Origin: Narcine bancroftii
Lineage: Eukaryota
Assembly: GCF_036971445.1 (NCBI RefSeq)
Contig: NC_091471.1
Span: 295,554,001-295,618,000 of the forward strand
DNA: 64,000 bases
Direction of reading: 5' to 3'
The position numbers were made by a program, and so were the translations under genes. Position 1 is the stretch's first letter; each line of letters starts with the position of its first letter. Shown piece after piece: positions 61,663 through 64,000 of this stretch. The notes beneath the pieces were generated by a model that had not been told where the DNA came from, searched no databases, and saw nothing but the letters and a program-made list of their open reading frames with translations.

Positions 61663-63540
61663 CCAGAGAACATCTGTTTAAGATGAGTGAAGGAATGTTT
61701 TAGGATAGGGTTTTTTTTTAAATCACGAATAGTGGGTGCCTGGAATACATTGTCGGGGTGGTGGTGGAGGCTGGCACAATAGAGAAATTTAAAAGACTTG
61801 CATCCTTTTTCATAAAAGTGTTTGGGAATAAACCAAGTAACTGCAGACTAACTGGAGAAAGTTCTAGAAAGAATTAGCATTAAGGGTGAAGGACATGGAA
61901 GAGAAGGGGCTGCAACAATGGTTGGGAAATTGGCTCAGAAACAAAAACAGAAAGTAGGTGAAAAGTTGTTTTCCAGACTAGAAGGAAATGCATTGTGAAG
62001 TTTTCAGGATCTGGGTGTCACCAAAGGTCAAGCTTTATTGTCCTAATTACATTTGAACTGGGTGGTTTGCTATTATATAGAACACTCGACTCAGCCTCAC
62101 TGTGAATATGTGCAAGCCCCAATGGCAGATTTCCTTCCCAAAGTACATTAGGAAGCTTGAAGAAAACAAAAAGTCTGCAAGTGCTGGAGTACGAATCCAG
62201 TGCTCAAATTCACTGGAGGAAGTCATCGATGAAAAGCAACAGGCAGCCGATTTTTCAGGCCTCAGCTCTTCCTGAAACATCAATTGCCTATATGTGAACT
62301 AGATCTGCTTTGACAATACTCACTGTCTTGTAACTCTATCTTGGCATTGCTCATTCTCTGTGCAAGCACCAAGAATCCCTCCAGAGCTACAAGCTGCTGT
62401 CATTATGTGACCATCACACTGGTTAGCTGTTGCTAAGCTCTTGTTGAGCACGGTAATTAACTCTGTCCATTGGAGAAGCTTTTAAAACGGGCAACCTTTA
62501 ACCTATGCATGAAGTGTTGGTCTAGGAGTAAACACTGAAGGCAGTGGAGGGAAGCGAGCTGTAAAAATCCCTGACGTATCTCATCACAAACTTCTCTTTC
62601 ATTCCCATCAGTATCCTTATTCCTTCTTCAAGCACCAGCTCAGGGCTTTAGTAGCCTTGCATGAGCAGGAAGTCAAACAGCTCTTTAGAAACCATAGCCC
62701 TTTGTTTCTATTTATCTTCTTCTGGCTTGAGAGAGACGAAAGAGCTTTTCTGATAGACTATTCCTTTCCTTCCATTTATTAGCAAAATACACTGAAAACT
62801 CATCCAATGTGGAGAACATAAGACAATAAGGAAGGTTTGCTAGAAATGGCAATGTGCAGAGGAAAGACAATGCTTTCAGAATGCAGTGCATTCGGGCAAC
62901 AAGACACATGGAAAATTATACCAGGCAATTTCTGGCAATGACCTTCTCTATGATTGGGAACCTTGTACCAGGTCACGATAGAGAGGACATTATTGGATAC
63001 TGACAGGTGGAAATGGTGGGGTTTTATCCATGGAGTGCACAACCTGGTTGGTGGCAGTTAAGTGAAATACCCAATCCTTTGGCTTCACCCAACATGACCA
63101 CCCATCTCCAGCGTATGGTCAGACTCCCTGATTCTCTGTCTCCCCCCCCCACCCCCCCACAATGGCCCTGATTCCCCCTCCCTTGCACCCAATTCTCCAG
63201 AAAACCCTGACCTTTTCCATTGCCCAAGCACTAATGGAGAGTCTCCCAATTCCAACCTCATTCCTCCTGCTGGCCTCTAAAGGCCCCTCAATCCAGGAAT
63301 GGGAAGGAGGAAGGAGCGAACAACCAACTGGTGGCCTGCAATGTGCCCATCTTGCACAGATCCCTGACACCGGAGATTGGGCAGTGAAGAGCAGTAGGTG
63401 GAATGAGGCTAAGAGCAGAAACCCTCCCAGACATTCACAAGACAAGGTGAACTCCTGCTCCTGTATCCTGAATCAGTTAGCTTTGAGAATATTAGTGAGG
63501 TGACAGTGTGCATGGGAAGGGTCTTTGTTCGTATTTGTCA

Positions 63541-64000
63541 TTCTTCTTCTTTGGCTTGGCTTCGCGGACGAAGATTTATGGATGGGGTAAAAGTCCACGT
63601 CAGCTGCAGGCTCGTTTGTGGCTGACAAGTCCGATGCAGGACAGGCAGACACGGTTGCAGCGGCTGCAGGGGAAAATTGGTTGGTTGGGGTTGGGTGTTG
63701 GGTTTTTCCTCCTTTGCCTTTTGTCAGTGAGGTGGGCTCTGCGGTCTTCTTCAAAGGAGGTTGCTGCCCGCCGAACTGTGAGGCGCCAAGATGCACGGTT
63801 TGAGGCGATATCAGCCCACTGGCGGTGGTCAATGTGGCAGGCACCAAGAGATTTCTTTAGGCAGTCCTTGTACCTTTTCTTTGGTGCACCTCTGTCACGG
63901 TGGCCAGTGGAGAGCTCGCCATATAACAGGATCTTGGGAAGGCGATGGTCCTCCATTCTGGAGACGTGACCCACCCAGCGCAGCTGGATCTTCAGCAGCG
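63541..64000 (-). mobile_element. RTE LINE 3' end, continuing out of the window
   Basis: [13 protein letters not shown]...[23 protein letters not shown]; (GAA)n tail; same family as the other two copies. Confidence 0.92.

Noticed and set aside
61680-63540. SLC5A5 exon 7
   Set aside because: No ALLxNQ-like phase-2 exon with splice signals was found; it presumably lies beyond the window.

Overview
Eukaryotic (vertebrate) genomic DNA, very probably a cartilaginous fish given the HE1-like V-SINEs and the CR1/Rex1/Penelope/fish-type L1 repeat set. Most of the window is transposable-element debris. The one host gene I can support is the 5' part of a sodium/iodide symporter (SLC5A5/NIS) on the + strand: coding exons 1-6 have canonical AG/GT boundaries and continuous phase, and the gene continues beyond the window. 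The most notable structure is a ~6.1 kb tandem duplication (20874-26980 / 26981-33210) whose distal breakpoint lies in a Gypsy RT. It gives the gene two open versions of its first coding exon (TM1-TM3), both with intact splice signals. They differ at positions equivalent to the NIS substrate pocket, and co-inclusion of the two creates an immediate stop codon. Other highlights are a composite hAT-type MITE (two mini-elements plus a captured spacer, moved as one unit with an 8-bp TSD), a twin-priming-type inverted L1, a ~440-bp-arm intronic inverted repeat, a near full-length dead L1 with TSD, an RT-less BEL/Pao element and three young RTE LINE copies. All alignments and identity figures were done by eye, and homology calls come from recalled family motifs, not database searches.
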